DNA of 64,000 bases from a virus. The position numbers were made by a program, and so were the translations under genes. The stretch lies in the IMG/VR virus record IMGVR_UViG_3300023239_000322, positions 1 to 64,000 of that record, one strand, 5' to 3'. This document shows positions 1 through 8,829 of the stretch, in pieces; position 1 is the stretch's first letter; every line of letters begins with the position of its first letter. The notes beneath the pieces were generated by a model. The model was given only the letters and a program-made list of their open reading frames with translations. It was not told where the DNA came from and ran no database searches.

Positions 1-938
1 GTAAGATGAAAGAACTGCTCGGCGATATTGACGAACTAACTAGCGACGAGTTCAGTGACAAGTACAGCATGTCCAAAGCAGAAGCAAAAGCAAAGTTCAA
101 CTTTGGAGATGAAGAAGTTAACGAAGGCGACGGTATCTATCACGACTGCGCTACAAAATTTGAACACAAAGTTTACGGTGAATGCACAGTACTTCCGGGA
201 GAGCATACTCTACTAGAAGATGGAACTGTAACACACTATGATGCTACTTTTATTAAAGAAGGTAAAACCCGTATTGTACGCAATGTAGCAGTTAAGAATA
301 TGCACAATGTCGTTTCAGAAGGACACACACATGCCTCTAAATCAACACGTGACAAGAAGATGAAAGAGTCTGCTATTGCTGAAGGTGCTGACGGCAAAAT
401 GCCATCAAAGAAGCATGTCATGGACATGTGCAAAGATGGAAAGTCTGAAAAAGAAATGTTAGAAATGCATGCTGATGCAGACAAAGATAAACTAAAAGAT
501 TTAATCAAGACTTGCAAGGAAGAAATGAAAGACTCTAAACAGTCTGCTATTGCTGAAGGTGTTGCTAGAATTGAAGAAAAACTGTTAAAAGAATTTACAG
601 AGTTTAAAGAAGGAAAAGCGTTTGCCGCCAGTGGTGTACGTGCTGACAAACGTGGCAAGTATAATACTGCCCCACAGACATTTTATCATGTTAAGCTAGA
701 AAAAGACAACGTTACAAAAGCAGAACGTATCCTTGCAAGCGACGGTGATTCAGAGTCAGATGTTAAAAGCAATGCAAAACGTGATAACCCAGGTTGGAAA
801 GTAGTAAGCGTTCGTAAACTTGATGAAACTGCCAAGCAAAAAGCAAAGCCAGATTATTTAGATTTAGATGGTGACGGTGACAAAAAAGAGCCAATGAAGA
901 AAGCCGCCAAAGACAAAAAAGCAAAAGAAAACAAGTAG
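1..938 (+). CDS. Modular candidate head-internal protein, probably 5'-truncated by the window edge
   Basis: The frame is open upstream of ATG 6 (..K-M, matching EGKMKELLGD in ORF 3640). Acidic/basic modules are separated by IAEG/LDE/VNEG-type motifs. ESAIAEG/QSAIAEG is encoded by a 21-nt repeat at 367 and 541. Confidence 0.5.
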   Translation, partial: KMKELLGDIDELTSDEFSDKYSMSKAEAKAKFNFGDEEVNEGDGIYHDCATKFEHKVYGECTVLPGEHTLLEDGTVTHYDATFIKEGKTRIVRNVAVKNMHNVVSEGHTHASKSTRDKKMKESAIAEGADGKMPSKKHVMDMCKDGKSEKEMLEMHADADKDKLKDLIKTCKEEMKDSKQSAIAEGVARIEEKLLKEFTEFKEGKAFAASGVRADKRGKYNTAPQTFYHVKLEKDNVTKAERILASDGDSESDVKSNAKRDNPGWKVVSVRKLDETAKQKAKPDYLDLDGDGDKKEPMKKAAKDKKAKENK

Positions 939-947
939 GCTAGTCGA

Positions 948-2849
948 ATGCGTCTAAGGGAGTTTAAAGGACCAGAGAAAAAGGGTATAAATTGGGACAG
1001 GATAATAAAAGACAATCCAATTCTTAAAGATATACTAAAAAAAATTACGCCTGGCACTGTGGCAAAAATCCTTAACCCTAACAAGGTTATGCAACTTATC
1101 ACCACAATATTTAGTTCCGGCCAATTAAACAAAGGTGAGCAAGCAGAATTAGATAGAATAAAGGATTTGGCAAAGAGCTATGCAGATTTAGAAGATGCGT
1201 TTGGTACAGAGGTAGCTCCCAAAACTCTACCAAAGAGATCAAAAACAAAGATCGAACCAGGTGATACTCCGTTGCCACAAAGGCAAGCAGAGCCGAAGCC
1301 AGGTAAGATAGACGTTCCAGAGCCAGTTATACCTAAGGTTGAACCACAGCCTCTTATTAAACCAGGACTGCTACCAAAGAGATCAAAAACAAAGATCGAA
1401 CCAGGTGATACTCCGTTGCCACAAAGGCAAACAACACCAACACCAACACCTGGTAAGATAGACGTTCCAGAGCCAGTTATACCTAAGGTTGAACCACAGC
1501 CTCTTATTAAACCAGGACTGCTACCAAAGAGATCAAAAACAAAGATCGACCCAGGTACTAACGCACCGCCGGTGCGTTCTCAGACGAAGACCTCACAATC
1601 AACAACAATAAAAGCACCAACAGTATCAATACCAAAAACAGGTGAACCAAGTATACGTAATCGTAATCGTAATCGTAATAAATTGACCCCGGTCCTAACA
1701 CCAGTTGGTGACACGGATACGGGAGTTGATCTCTATGGATGGATGGCTAATCGAGGTTCGTATTATGATTGGGATAAACCCGGAGTGCCTCTTAAAGAAC
1801 AACAAAGTTACACCAAAGAACAGTATGCAGATCTCGTGCGCAAATACTCTAAACAATATGGTGTGCCAGAATCATTAGCTCTACATGTCCTTAATCGAGA
1901 AACAGGAATATACGACCCAAACAAAGCGGCCACGATTAAGAGCAGAGCGGGGGCAGTAGGACCCATGCAACTACTTCCCCGGTACGCAAAAGACTTTGGT
2001 ATTAAAAAGCGAGATCTCACTAACCCAGTAAAAAACATTGAAGCAGGTGTTAGGTATCTTGCAAAGAACTATAATAGGTTTAGTGAGAATCCTCAGCATG
2101 CACTTATGGCATATAATTGGGGACCAACAGCAACAGCCAACTGGCTAGCAAAAGGCGGCAAAGGGAATATACCACAAGAAACACGTGATTACATTTACGG
2201 CAGTGAAGAAAAAGGTTGGGCTCCTTATAACGATGATTTTACCCAACAGATCAATGCTTATTTAGGAACAAATGCACAATCATATCTAGAAAAACAGACA
2301 CTCGCTCCACAGCTAGATACAAGAAAACTTGATCCGCAACAAATGGCAACTGGCGCCGCGCAAGGATTCGATACAATAGCACAGACTGCACAAGATTATG
2401 CTAAAAAAGGGTATGATTATGTTGCTCCTATAGCAAAAGATTTAGGTAAGGCAGCTGGCACCATTGGCAAAGAAGTATACAAAAAAGATATAGAGCCTGT
2501 GTTTAAAAAAACTTCAGATTATTTGAATAAAAAATGGCAAGACTTTAAAACGGACGCAATGGCAACAAGTGCCGGAACAGACACAGCCACTATTGCAGGA
2601 GCAGGCGATACAGGTGAGTTGCCAGATGTTATAGAACCACGTTCACCAGCGCCTCGACCACAAACACAGGGTGGTCCTATTAGGGATAAAGCAAAAGAAT
2701 CTGCGCCACCAGGCGACAAGTATGAGCGCATGGTTAAAGATATTAAAAAAGGCTATACCAAAGACGGCAAGTTAACCGACACAGAACGGGGTATAGCCTA
2801 CGCTACAGCATGGAATTTGTACAATAAGCGTAAAGGCAAAAAGAGCTAA
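948..2849 (+). CDS. Lytic transglycosylase (SLT) domain protein with Pro-rich repeats, probably virion-associated
   Basis: SLT motifs: LNRETG (catalytic E), SRAGAVGPMQL, NIEAGVRYL, ALMAYNWG, ETRDY. Confidence 0.8.
   Translation: MRLREFKGPEKKGINWDRIIKDNPILKDILKKITPGTVAKILNPNKVMQLITTIFSSGQLNKGEQAELDRIKDLAKSYADLEDAFGTEVAPKTLPKRSKTKIEPGDTPLPQRQAEPKPGKIDVPEPVIPKVEPQPLIKPGLLPKRSKTKIEPGDTPLPQRQTTPTPTPGKIDVPEPVIPKVEPQPLIKPGLLPKRSKTKIDPGTNAPPVRSQTKTSQSTTIKAPTVSIPKTGEPSIRNRNRNRNKLTPVLTPVGDTDTGVDLYGWMANRGSYYDWDKPGVPLKEQQSYTKEQYADLVRKYSKQYGVPESLALHVLNRETGIYDPNKAATIKSRAGAVGPMQLLPRYAKDFGIKKRDLTNPVKNIEAGVRYLAKNYNRFSENPQHALMAYNWGPTATANWLAKGGKGNIPQETRDYIYGSEEKGWAPYNDDFTQQINAYLGTNAQSYLEKQTLAPQLDTRKLDPQQMATGAAQGFDTIAQTAQDYAKKGYDYVAPIAKDLGKAAGTIGKEVYKKDIEPVFKKTSDYLNKKWQDFKTDAMATSAGTDTATIAGAGDTGELPDVIEPRSPAPRPQTQGGPIRDKAKESAPPGDKYERMVKDIKKGYTKDGKLTDTERGIAYATAWNLYNKRKGKKS
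1227..1555 (+). repeat. In-frame tandem repeat, about 2.2 units of 144-150 nt (LPKRSKTKIEPGDTPLPQRQ...GKIDVPEPVIPKVEPQPLIKPGL)
   Basis: Near-identical units start at 1227, 1371 and 1521. Confidence 0.95.
1656..1679 (+). repeat. (CGTAAT)4 microsatellite encoding RNRNRNRN
   Basis: Directly visible. Confidence 0.9.
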
Positions 2850-2852
2850 ATA
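2847..2852 (+). promoter_or_regulatory. T4-like late promoter core TAAATA
   Basis: The motif recurs at gene boundaries throughout the window. Confidence 0.55.
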
Positions 2853-2872
2853 CACTATCCTAGGGGAAACAA

Positions 2873-3634
2873 ATGAAAGATTTAAACGATTTATTAAAAT
2901 TATCTGGTATGACCCAGCTCAACGAAAGTGTTGAAGTTGAGGAAGCATACGCTAACGAACCAGATGAAGAGTATCAAACAGTTGACACTATTATACGTCA
3001 AGGTACAGACCTAAACAGAGAAAAGCGACAGCACCCAGTTGCTGGGTTTACAGGTGACAATCCGCTTGCTGAAGAAGAAAGCGATGAAGATGAAGTACGT
3101 GAACTTGTGCTTTTTATTGACAACGATAGTCAACTATACCAACAACAAGGCGAGCCTATCATGCGTAACCTTTCACGCAAGTGGGACAAAGGCATTTATG
3201 ATCATGACCTAGCACAAAAGCTATGGTACTACCTAGCAGTTAACGGTGCTAAGAAGTATGGACAAGAACATGGCACAGGCAACGGTCTAAAAATGTTTAG
3301 TCCTGCTGTGCGTAGAGCAGCCGCTAAAGAGATGGCTGACAACTGGATGGAAGAGCTAAAAGCTGGCAACAAGATGGATGAAGCTGAAGAAGATTTAGAA
3401 GCAATGTTGGCTGAAATCTTAATTGGTGAAGAATCTGATGAAGAAGTCAACAGCAGACCTACCAGAGGTTATGTTAGTAACAAACTAGAAAAGACAGTTG
3501 CTGACATGGAAAATAGGGCTGATGGCGGTGCACATGCAGGTTTTGAACCAGTGAGCATAACAGTCCCATCTCCAGTTAAAGGACAAGAAAACGATCCAGT
3601 AACAGCTAAATTTTACCAGCACAGAGACAAGTAA
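2873..3634 (+). CDS. Modular hypothetical protein (candidate head-internal protein)
   Basis: N-terminal DLLKLSGM..LNES; acidic linkers; late promoter and GGGG RBS upstream. Confidence 0.5.
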   Translation: MKDLNDLLKLSGMTQLNESVEVEEAYANEPDEEYQTVDTIIRQGTDLNREKRQHPVAGFTGDNPLAEEESDEDEVRELVLFIDNDSQLYQQQGEPIMRNLSRKWDKGIYDHDLAQKLWYYLAVNGAKKYGQEHGTGNGLKMFSPAVRRAAAKEMADNWMEELKAGNKMDEAEEDLEAMLAEILIGEESDEEVNSRPTRGYVSNKLEKTVADMENRADGGAHAGFEPVSITVPSPVKGQENDPVTAKFYQHRDK

Positions 3635-3639
3635 ACACA

Positions 3640-5055
3640 ATGAAAACATTTAACGATTATCTAATAGCAGAAGAACACGCCAACGAAACCCCTAGCGTTG
3701 GTGATGTTTTTGAAATTGAAATGGCTCGTGACGAGACTTTAATTGAAACCACTGTAGTAGAAGTTTTAGAAGATGGTATTGTAATCAACGCAGATGACGC
3801 TGTTATGAAAATGTTTGAAGACGCTGGATACTTGCAAGAGTACAATACTGGCATGCCAGCACCAAGCGGTGGTAGTAAGAGTGCCATGGGCAGTGCTTAT
3901 AAAAAAGCAAACACCCAGCAGTCTAAGCCAGGCGAGTTGGCAGAAGGCAAGATGAAAGAATTACTTGGCGATATTAACGAACTCACACACGATGAGTTCA
4001 GCGGCAAGTACAACATGTCCAAAGACGAAGCAAGAGAAAAGTTTGACATCAAAGATGAAGAAGAACTTGATGAAATGTCAGCCATGCGTCGATTGGCCGG
4101 TATGATGCAAGACAAAGAAAACATTAAGAATACACGTATTCCCGGTCATGACGAACGCAGAATACAAGTTGATCTAATAGACCTTACTGATGAAGAATTT
4201 GAAGCCAAGCATAAAATGTCAAAGGCAGAAGCAGGTGAAAGGTTCAACGAAGCAAGTGATGCTAGTGCAGAAGAGGAAGATGATTTCCATACTGAACTAG
4301 ATGATCTTGTACATAAAACATTTGGACACAGCTCAGACGAAAAGAAAAAGAAAAAGAAAAGCAACAAACCATATGACTTGTACCACAAAACATTCTCTGA
4401 TGCTATGCAACATGCTTATGCATACGCAATGGAAAATCTTGGTATTGAGATTGATCCAAATGAGATTGATAACGAAGTTGCAATGGGTCCCCCAAAACCA
4501 GCCACTGGTAAAACAAACTCTTACCGCCTATTAGGAAAAGATGGAAAGAAGGCTATTCAAGTACAGGTTTACAACACAGGTAACTCGTACGAATTGAACA
4601 TGTACAAAGAACAAATTAACGAAGCAGATGTTGATAAAGGGTACATCAATATTGGTGGTGCTAGAGTAAAAGCTGATAAGGCTTCTATACTACAACATTT
4701 TAAGAAAACATTTCCTAATGTAACTAAAATTAAAAAAGATCCACAGCATGGTTGGGTTCCAGTTTTTGATAATGAGCTAGACGAAGCAGAATACCAAGGT
4801 CGTGAAGTTACACTTAACAAGCCAACACGTGGTGATGTTAAAAAGTCTAAGGTATATGTTAAAGATCCAAAGACAGGCAACGTAAAAAAAGTCAACTTTG
4901 GACACGGCGGTACAAGTGCTAAACGTGCCGGCCAAAAAACAATGAGTATTAAAAAGAGTGATCCAGCAAGAAGAAAGAGTTTTAGAGCAAGACACAATTG
5001 TGATAATCCGGGACCAAAGACCAAGGCTCGCTATTGGAGTTGTAGGGCTTGGTAG
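3640..5055 (+). CDS. Modular candidate head-internal protein with a basic C-terminal domain (RKSFRARHNC..ARYWSC)
   Basis: N-terminus MKTFNDYLIAEE resembles the T4 capsid-targeting sequence; shares a module with the first ORF. Confidence 0.55.
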   Translation: MKTFNDYLIAEEHANETPSVGDVFEIEMARDETLIETTVVEVLEDGIVINADDAVMKMFEDAGYLQEYNTGMPAPSGGSKSAMGSAYKKANTQQSKPGELAEGKMKELLGDINELTHDEFSGKYNMSKDEAREKFDIKDEEELDEMSAMRRLAGMMQDKENIKNTRIPGHDERRIQVDLIDLTDEEFEAKHKMSKAEAGERFNEASDASAEEEDDFHTELDDLVHKTFGHSSDEKKKKKKSNKPYDLYHKTFSDAMQHAYAYAMENLGIEIDPNEIDNEVAMGPPKPATGKTNSYRLLGKDGKKAIQVQVYNTGNSYELNMYKEQINEADVDKGYINIGGARVKADKASILQHFKKTFPNVTKIKKDPQHGWVPVFDNELDEAEYQGREVTLNKPTRGDVKKSKVYVKDPKTGNVKKVNFGHGGTSAKRAGQKTMSIKKSDPARRKSFRARHNCDNPGPKTKARYWSCRAW

Positions 5056-5116
5056 TGTAGTACATTTAGTAATATAAAATAATAATAATTACAGTAATTC
5101 AAAAGGAGCAATCAAG

Positions 5117-5599
5117 ATGCAACACAATGAGTATGACGTAGTCGTCATTAAAGTAGTTGATGGCGATACCGTAGACGTAGATATCGATTTAGGATTTGGC
5201 GTTTGTCTTAAGGACGAGCGTGTACGTATTATGGGTATTGATACCCCGGAGTCAAGAACAAGTGACCGAGTAGAGGACTTGTTTGGTGAAGCAGCCAAAG
5301 CAAGACTAAAAGAACTTATGAAACACGGTGGTAAACTTATTACCACAGAAGACAAAAGTGGCGAGGATATGAAAGGCAAGTTTGGACGTATCCTAGGCGA
5401 CTTCAAAGTAGAACACAACGGCGAAATGAAACGTGTAACTGAAATCATGGAAGCAGAAGGACATTGTGTTCCTTACTTTGGCGGAAGCAAAGAAGATACA
5501 CAAGCCGCACATGAAGTAAACAGAGTGCGTCTACTAGCAGAAGGCATTGTTACTCAAGAAGCGTATGAAAAAGCAGTCAAACAAATGGAAAAGAAATAA
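5117..5599 (+). CDS. Staphylococcal nuclease (thermonuclease)-like protein
   Basis: VVDGDTVDV, RVRIMGIDTPES, KFGRILG motifs; AAGGAG RBS. Confidence 0.85.
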   Translation: MQHNEYDVVVIKVVDGDTVDVDIDLGFGVCLKDERVRIMGIDTPESRTSDRVEDLFGEAAKARLKELMKHGGKLITTEDKSGEDMKGKFGRILGDFKVEHNGEMKRVTEIMEAEGHCVPYFGGSKEDTQAAHEVNRVRLLAEGIVTQEAYEKAVKQMEKK

Positions 5600-6215
5600 C
5601 TTAGAAATTGTAGTCTGTGGCGACAGTTTCTGTTCACGTGATGAGAATGCACCAGGCAAACACTTCAGTGAACAACTTGAAGGCACAGTAACCAACCTAG
5701 CACGTGGCGGGATATCCAATTCCGCCATTTTTATGCAACTACACAAAGCATTAACACTAGATCCAGATGTAATCATCTATTCTGTTACAGACCCTGCCAG
5801 GATGACAGTACCAGCAAAACCAAATTGGAATGCACAGTTTTCCACGGGCGATCCACTAGCAAACATCAGATACAAAGTAGACGGACCAGAACCTTTTGTG
5901 AGCCATACTATCCCTTGTATAATGGGAGAAATGGATTTAGGCTTAGACCCTGCTGTAATTGACGCTGTTAAAAGTTATTTTAATGTATTGTATGATGCAA
6001 TGTTGCAGGACTTTTTGGATAGAGAAATGTTTGCAGGGTACAAGAGTCGTGCCAAACAGCAAAACATACAGGTAATCAACCTTAACAATCAAGTCACTGA
6101 AGTGTACGATGAAGCAAGAGATCTAAACGACGATCCTGTGCCTGAAGTGTTTCACACTACCTACCCTACCCAAACGGTAGCCGCTGAGAAGATTATGAAC
6201 TTGATCAACACATAA
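5565..6215 (+). CDS. SGNH/GDSL-like hydrolase or acyltransferase
   Basis: VCGDSF block I, NLARGGISN block II, C-terminal FHT; start uncertain. Confidence 0.6.
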   Translation: MKKQSNKWKRNNLEIVVCGDSFCSRDENAPGKHFSEQLEGTVTNLARGGISNSAIFMQLHKALTLDPDVIIYSVTDPARMTVPAKPNWNAQFSTGDPLANIRYKVDGPEPFVSHTIPCIMGEMDLGLDPAVIDAVKSYFNVLYDAMLQDFLDREMFAGYKSRAKQQNIQVINLNNQVTEVYDEARDLNDDPVPEVFHTTYPTQTVAAEKIMNLINT

Positions 6216-6223
6216 ATAATAAT

Positions 6224-6415
6224 ATGACTATAGCAGAACTACAACGGTTAGCAGGCATTACTGAGAAGAAGAAATCAAAGTCTTTCAGTAACATCAGTTA
6301 TACTGCGGCCGAAAAAGCTAAAATAATGAAAAAAAGAAAAATTAAACCAGGCACGCCTGAATGGTTTAAGTTGTGGTTTTCGAGACCCTATCTCACAGGC
6401 GAAAAACCTTACTAA
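6224..6415 (+). CDS. Small basic hypothetical protein
   Basis: TAAATA 5 nt upstream; ELQRLAGI N-terminal motif; PGTPEWFKLWF. Confidence 0.6.
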   Translation: MTIAELQRLAGITEKKKSKSFSNISYTAAEKAKIMKKRKIKPGTPEWFKLWFSRPYLTGEKPY

Positions 6416-6939
6416 GCAACCTTTGCTTTTATACCTAAATACTGTTCCCACTTAGGGTCTTTGATTTCTACATGACTGTTGCGCCATGCTGATGCTAGTC
6501 CCCAATAGTCTGGTTTAAACGGTTTGCGTATCGGCTTTCTCAGTTTATCAGCCTTGCGACTATTGCAACTCTTACATGAAGTTACACAGTTCTCCCACGA
6601 CGTTTTGCCATTTAGGCTACGTGGGATAACATGATCTATGGATAAATCTTTGAAGTCAAACGTATCTGCACAGTACTGACACTGATATAAATCACGCAAA
6701 TAAACATTTGTTCTACTGAAACGTACATAACGTTTAGGATTAAAGTATTCCTTGGTAACTGCTACACTAGGCACATTTAAGGTAAGTTTTTCGCTGTTTA
6801 TGTGCCAATCAGGATAGGTTTCCAGCACTTGTATGCGGCCTAAGAACATCAATTTAACTGAGTGGTGCCAATGTATTACAGACAGCGGCAGTACTGAAAT
6901 GGGGGTGTAATCTTTGTTTAGTAGCAGAGTATCTGACAT
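6412..6939 (-). CDS. HNH endonuclease (McrA/HNH_5-like)
   Basis: RDLYQCQYC...SIDHVIPRS...WENCVTSCKSCNSRK; likely start MSDTLLLN at 6939. Confidence 0.9.
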   Translation of the reverse strand: MSDTLLLNKDYTPISVLPLSVIHWHHSVKLMFLGRIQVLETYPDWHINSEKLTLNVPSVAVTKEYFNPKRYVRFSRTNVYLRDLYQCQYCADTFDFKDLSIDHVIPRSLNGKTSWENCVTSCKSCNSRKADKLRKPIRKPFKPDYWGLASAWRNSHVEIKDPKWEQYLGIKAKVA

Positions 6940-6967
6940 AAGTACTGTATATAAAGTATATATCATT

Positions 6968-7615
6968 ATGTCAAACGAAGCAAACATTATTAAGTCTCCT
7001 TACCAGAAGGTAAGCTTCACAGAGGAGCAAATACAGGAATTCATGAAGTGTGCAGACCCAGACACCGGGCCGACCTTCTTTATGAGTAACTTCTTTAATA
7101 TACAGCACCCCACAAGAGGTAAGATGCTGTATAAGCCATTTGAGTACCAGGATAGACTGATCAACGCTTACCATACAAACCGATTCAGCATTAGTCTTAT
7201 GCCCAGGCAGACTGGTAAAACAACCACTGCCGCTGGGTACCTGCTATGGCGGGCCATGTTTAACCCAGATAGCACAATTCTTATTGCCGCACACAAGTAC
7301 ACAGGTGCGCAAGAGATTATGCAACGTGTTAGGTATGCATACGAACTTTGCCCGGACTATATACGTGCTGGTGTTGTTAGTTACAACAAAGGCAGTATAG
7401 ACTTTGAAAACGGATCACGTATTGTTTCACAAACAACCACCGAAACAACTGGACGAGGTATGAGTATTACACTGCTATATTGTTTAGGTGGAGACACTAT
7501 TGTTCGTATTCGAAACAAACAAACGTTGGCAGAAGAAGATATTACATTAAAGGATTTATGTATTAAACTTTATAGTCCAGATGAATATTCAGGTGATGAA
7601 TTTGCATTCGTATAA
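6968..7615 (+). CDS. terL: Terminase large subunit, N-terminal fragment fused to split intein N-half
   Basis: gp17-like Walker A PRQTGKTT and TGRGMSITLLY, followed by the intein block A CLGGDT; likely start MSNEAN at 6968. Confidence 0.92.
   Translation: MSNEANIIKSPYQKVSFTEEQIQEFMKCADPDTGPTFFMSNFFNIQHPTRGKMLYKPFEYQDRLINAYHTNRFSISLMPRQTGKTTTAAGYLLWRAMFNPDSTILIAAHKYTGAQEIMQRVRYAYELCPDYIRAGVVSYNKGSIDFENGSRIVSQTTTETTGRGMSITLLYCLGGDTIVRIRNKQTLAEEDITLKDLCIKLYSPDEYSGDEFAFV
7481..7612 (+). mobile_element. Split intein N-fragment (about 30 aa core plus a 14 aa tail)
   Basis: CLGGDTIVRIRNKQTLAEEDITLKDLCIKL resembles the short IntN of atypically split TerL inteins (AceL-TerL/Cat type). Confidence 0.88.
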
Positions 7616-7618
7616 ATA
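7611..7618 (+). promoter_or_regulatory. T4-type late promoter TATAAATA for the endonuclease and IntC-TerL genes
   Basis: Exact T4 late consensus overlapping the stop of terL-N; ATG at 7623. Confidence 0.65.
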
Positions 7619-7622
7619 CAGT

Positions 7623-8516
7623 ATGAACAAACTAGAGCAATTTAAACGTAGAAATCAAAAAAGAAACTCGCAACTATATTCAGATTACTTAACAGAAAAT
7701 ATAGATTATATACTTTGTCCAGTAAGTAACGAGCGATTAAGTATGATAAAAACAACATACATTGAACGTGTACTAGAGATGACCGTAGCAGAATATGACA
7801 AATTGTTCCCTGGTGTTAGAGGTGTAACGCCCGCCCGCCGAAAAAATATCAAAGATGGCTTAAAAGAAATAGATAAGACTAGTGGATTAACGAAGCACCA
7901 GCTGGCATGTGTTAAATCAAAACAGACATTATCCAGTCTGGATTCAGACGGTGTATCAGGATACGCCAAACTAGGCAAAAAGACCCGTGCTACTCATATG
8001 AACAATATAGACCAATTTGGCAGAAACGGTTATTCACAATTAGCAACACATGCTATTGTAAAAGGCAATAACACTAAGGTTAAGAAAGGAATTATATTAG
8101 ATCCTGCACTACGAAACGAATTTTACCGTTATAAGTCAATAGTATTATATCTTACCGAAAAACAGCGATCAGCTATAACAACTGGATACAAAACAGGAGT
8201 TGCTGGAGTTGCTGGGGCCTACCATATAGACCATATATATTCTATACTACAAGGATATAAAGATAATGTTAGTCCATTATTGATAGGTAGTAAAAGTAAT
8301 TTACAAATGTTGCCTTGGCATGATAATTTATCAAAACATGGTAAGTGTACTATAACCTTGGATACTTTATTCAACCGTGCTAGTTATAATATAGATAGAT
8401 CAAAAAGTGAATTTGATGTTTTTTTAAATATGATTCGTTATGACATAAAAGAATCTGCATTGGTTAGTGGTGCAATGCTAATAGAGAGGTTTAATGAAAC
8501 AAACTTACGCACCTAA
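7623..8516 (+). CDS. Free-standing HNH-like homing endonuclease between the split-intein halves
   Basis: C-terminal YHIDHIYS...NLQMLPWHDNLSK; N-terminal CPVS..MTVAEYDKLFPG; located inside the fractured gene. Confidence 0.7.
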   Translation: MNKLEQFKRRNQKRNSQLYSDYLTENIDYILCPVSNERLSMIKTTYIERVLEMTVAEYDKLFPGVRGVTPARRKNIKDGLKEIDKTSGLTKHQLACVKSKQTLSSLDSDGVSGYAKLGKKTRATHMNNIDQFGRNGYSQLATHAIVKGNNTKVKKGIILDPALRNEFYRYKSIVLYLTEKQRSAITTGYKTGVAGVAGAYHIDHIYSILQGYKDNVSPLLIGSKSNLQMLPWHDNLSKHGKCTITLDTLFNRASYNIDRSKSEFDVFLNMIRYDIKESALVSGAMLIERFNETNLRT

Positions 8517-8829
8517 TACAGAATACCAAATTTTTACACCCAACGGTTGGGAAGATTTTGAAGGCATTTTTGTAAATGAAACTGCAAATAAAGACTCTCG
8601 AAAAATAACATTTAATGATGAGTCGTTTATTATTGCTACCCTTGAGCATCGATTTTTTATCAGTAATACTGAAATTAAAGTAAAAGATATTGTACTAGGT
8701 GATAAATTAGATTCTGAAAATACTATTAAAATAGTAACAGCATTAGAAGATATGGTATTAGAAGACACATACGAAATATTTAATGCAGAGAATCATGTCA
8801 TACTAGCAAATAAGATTAATTCTCATCAA
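8494..8829 (+). mobile_element. Split intein C-fragment (112 aa) ending His-Gln, +1 residue Cys
   Basis: IFTPNGW, block B ATLEHRF (TxxH), block F DTYEIFN, block G ANKINSHQ/C. Confidence 0.88.

Noticed and set aside
1227-1555. CRISPR array or DGR template/variable repeat
   Set aside because: The repeats are long, in-frame and coding, without unique spacers or A-specific mismatches; no reverse transcriptase or cas gene is in the window
6412-6939. HNH as a cos-cleavage terminase accessory
   Set aside because: The terminase is gp17-like (headful type) and the HNH is divergently transcribed and McrA-like; adjacency alone is insufficient
7481-8829. Group I intron or sequencing frameshifts as the explanation for the broken terL
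   Set aside because: Both junctions carry intein motifs (Cys1; TxxH; His-Gln/Cys+1) and each ORF has its own start signals; no intron core was recognised
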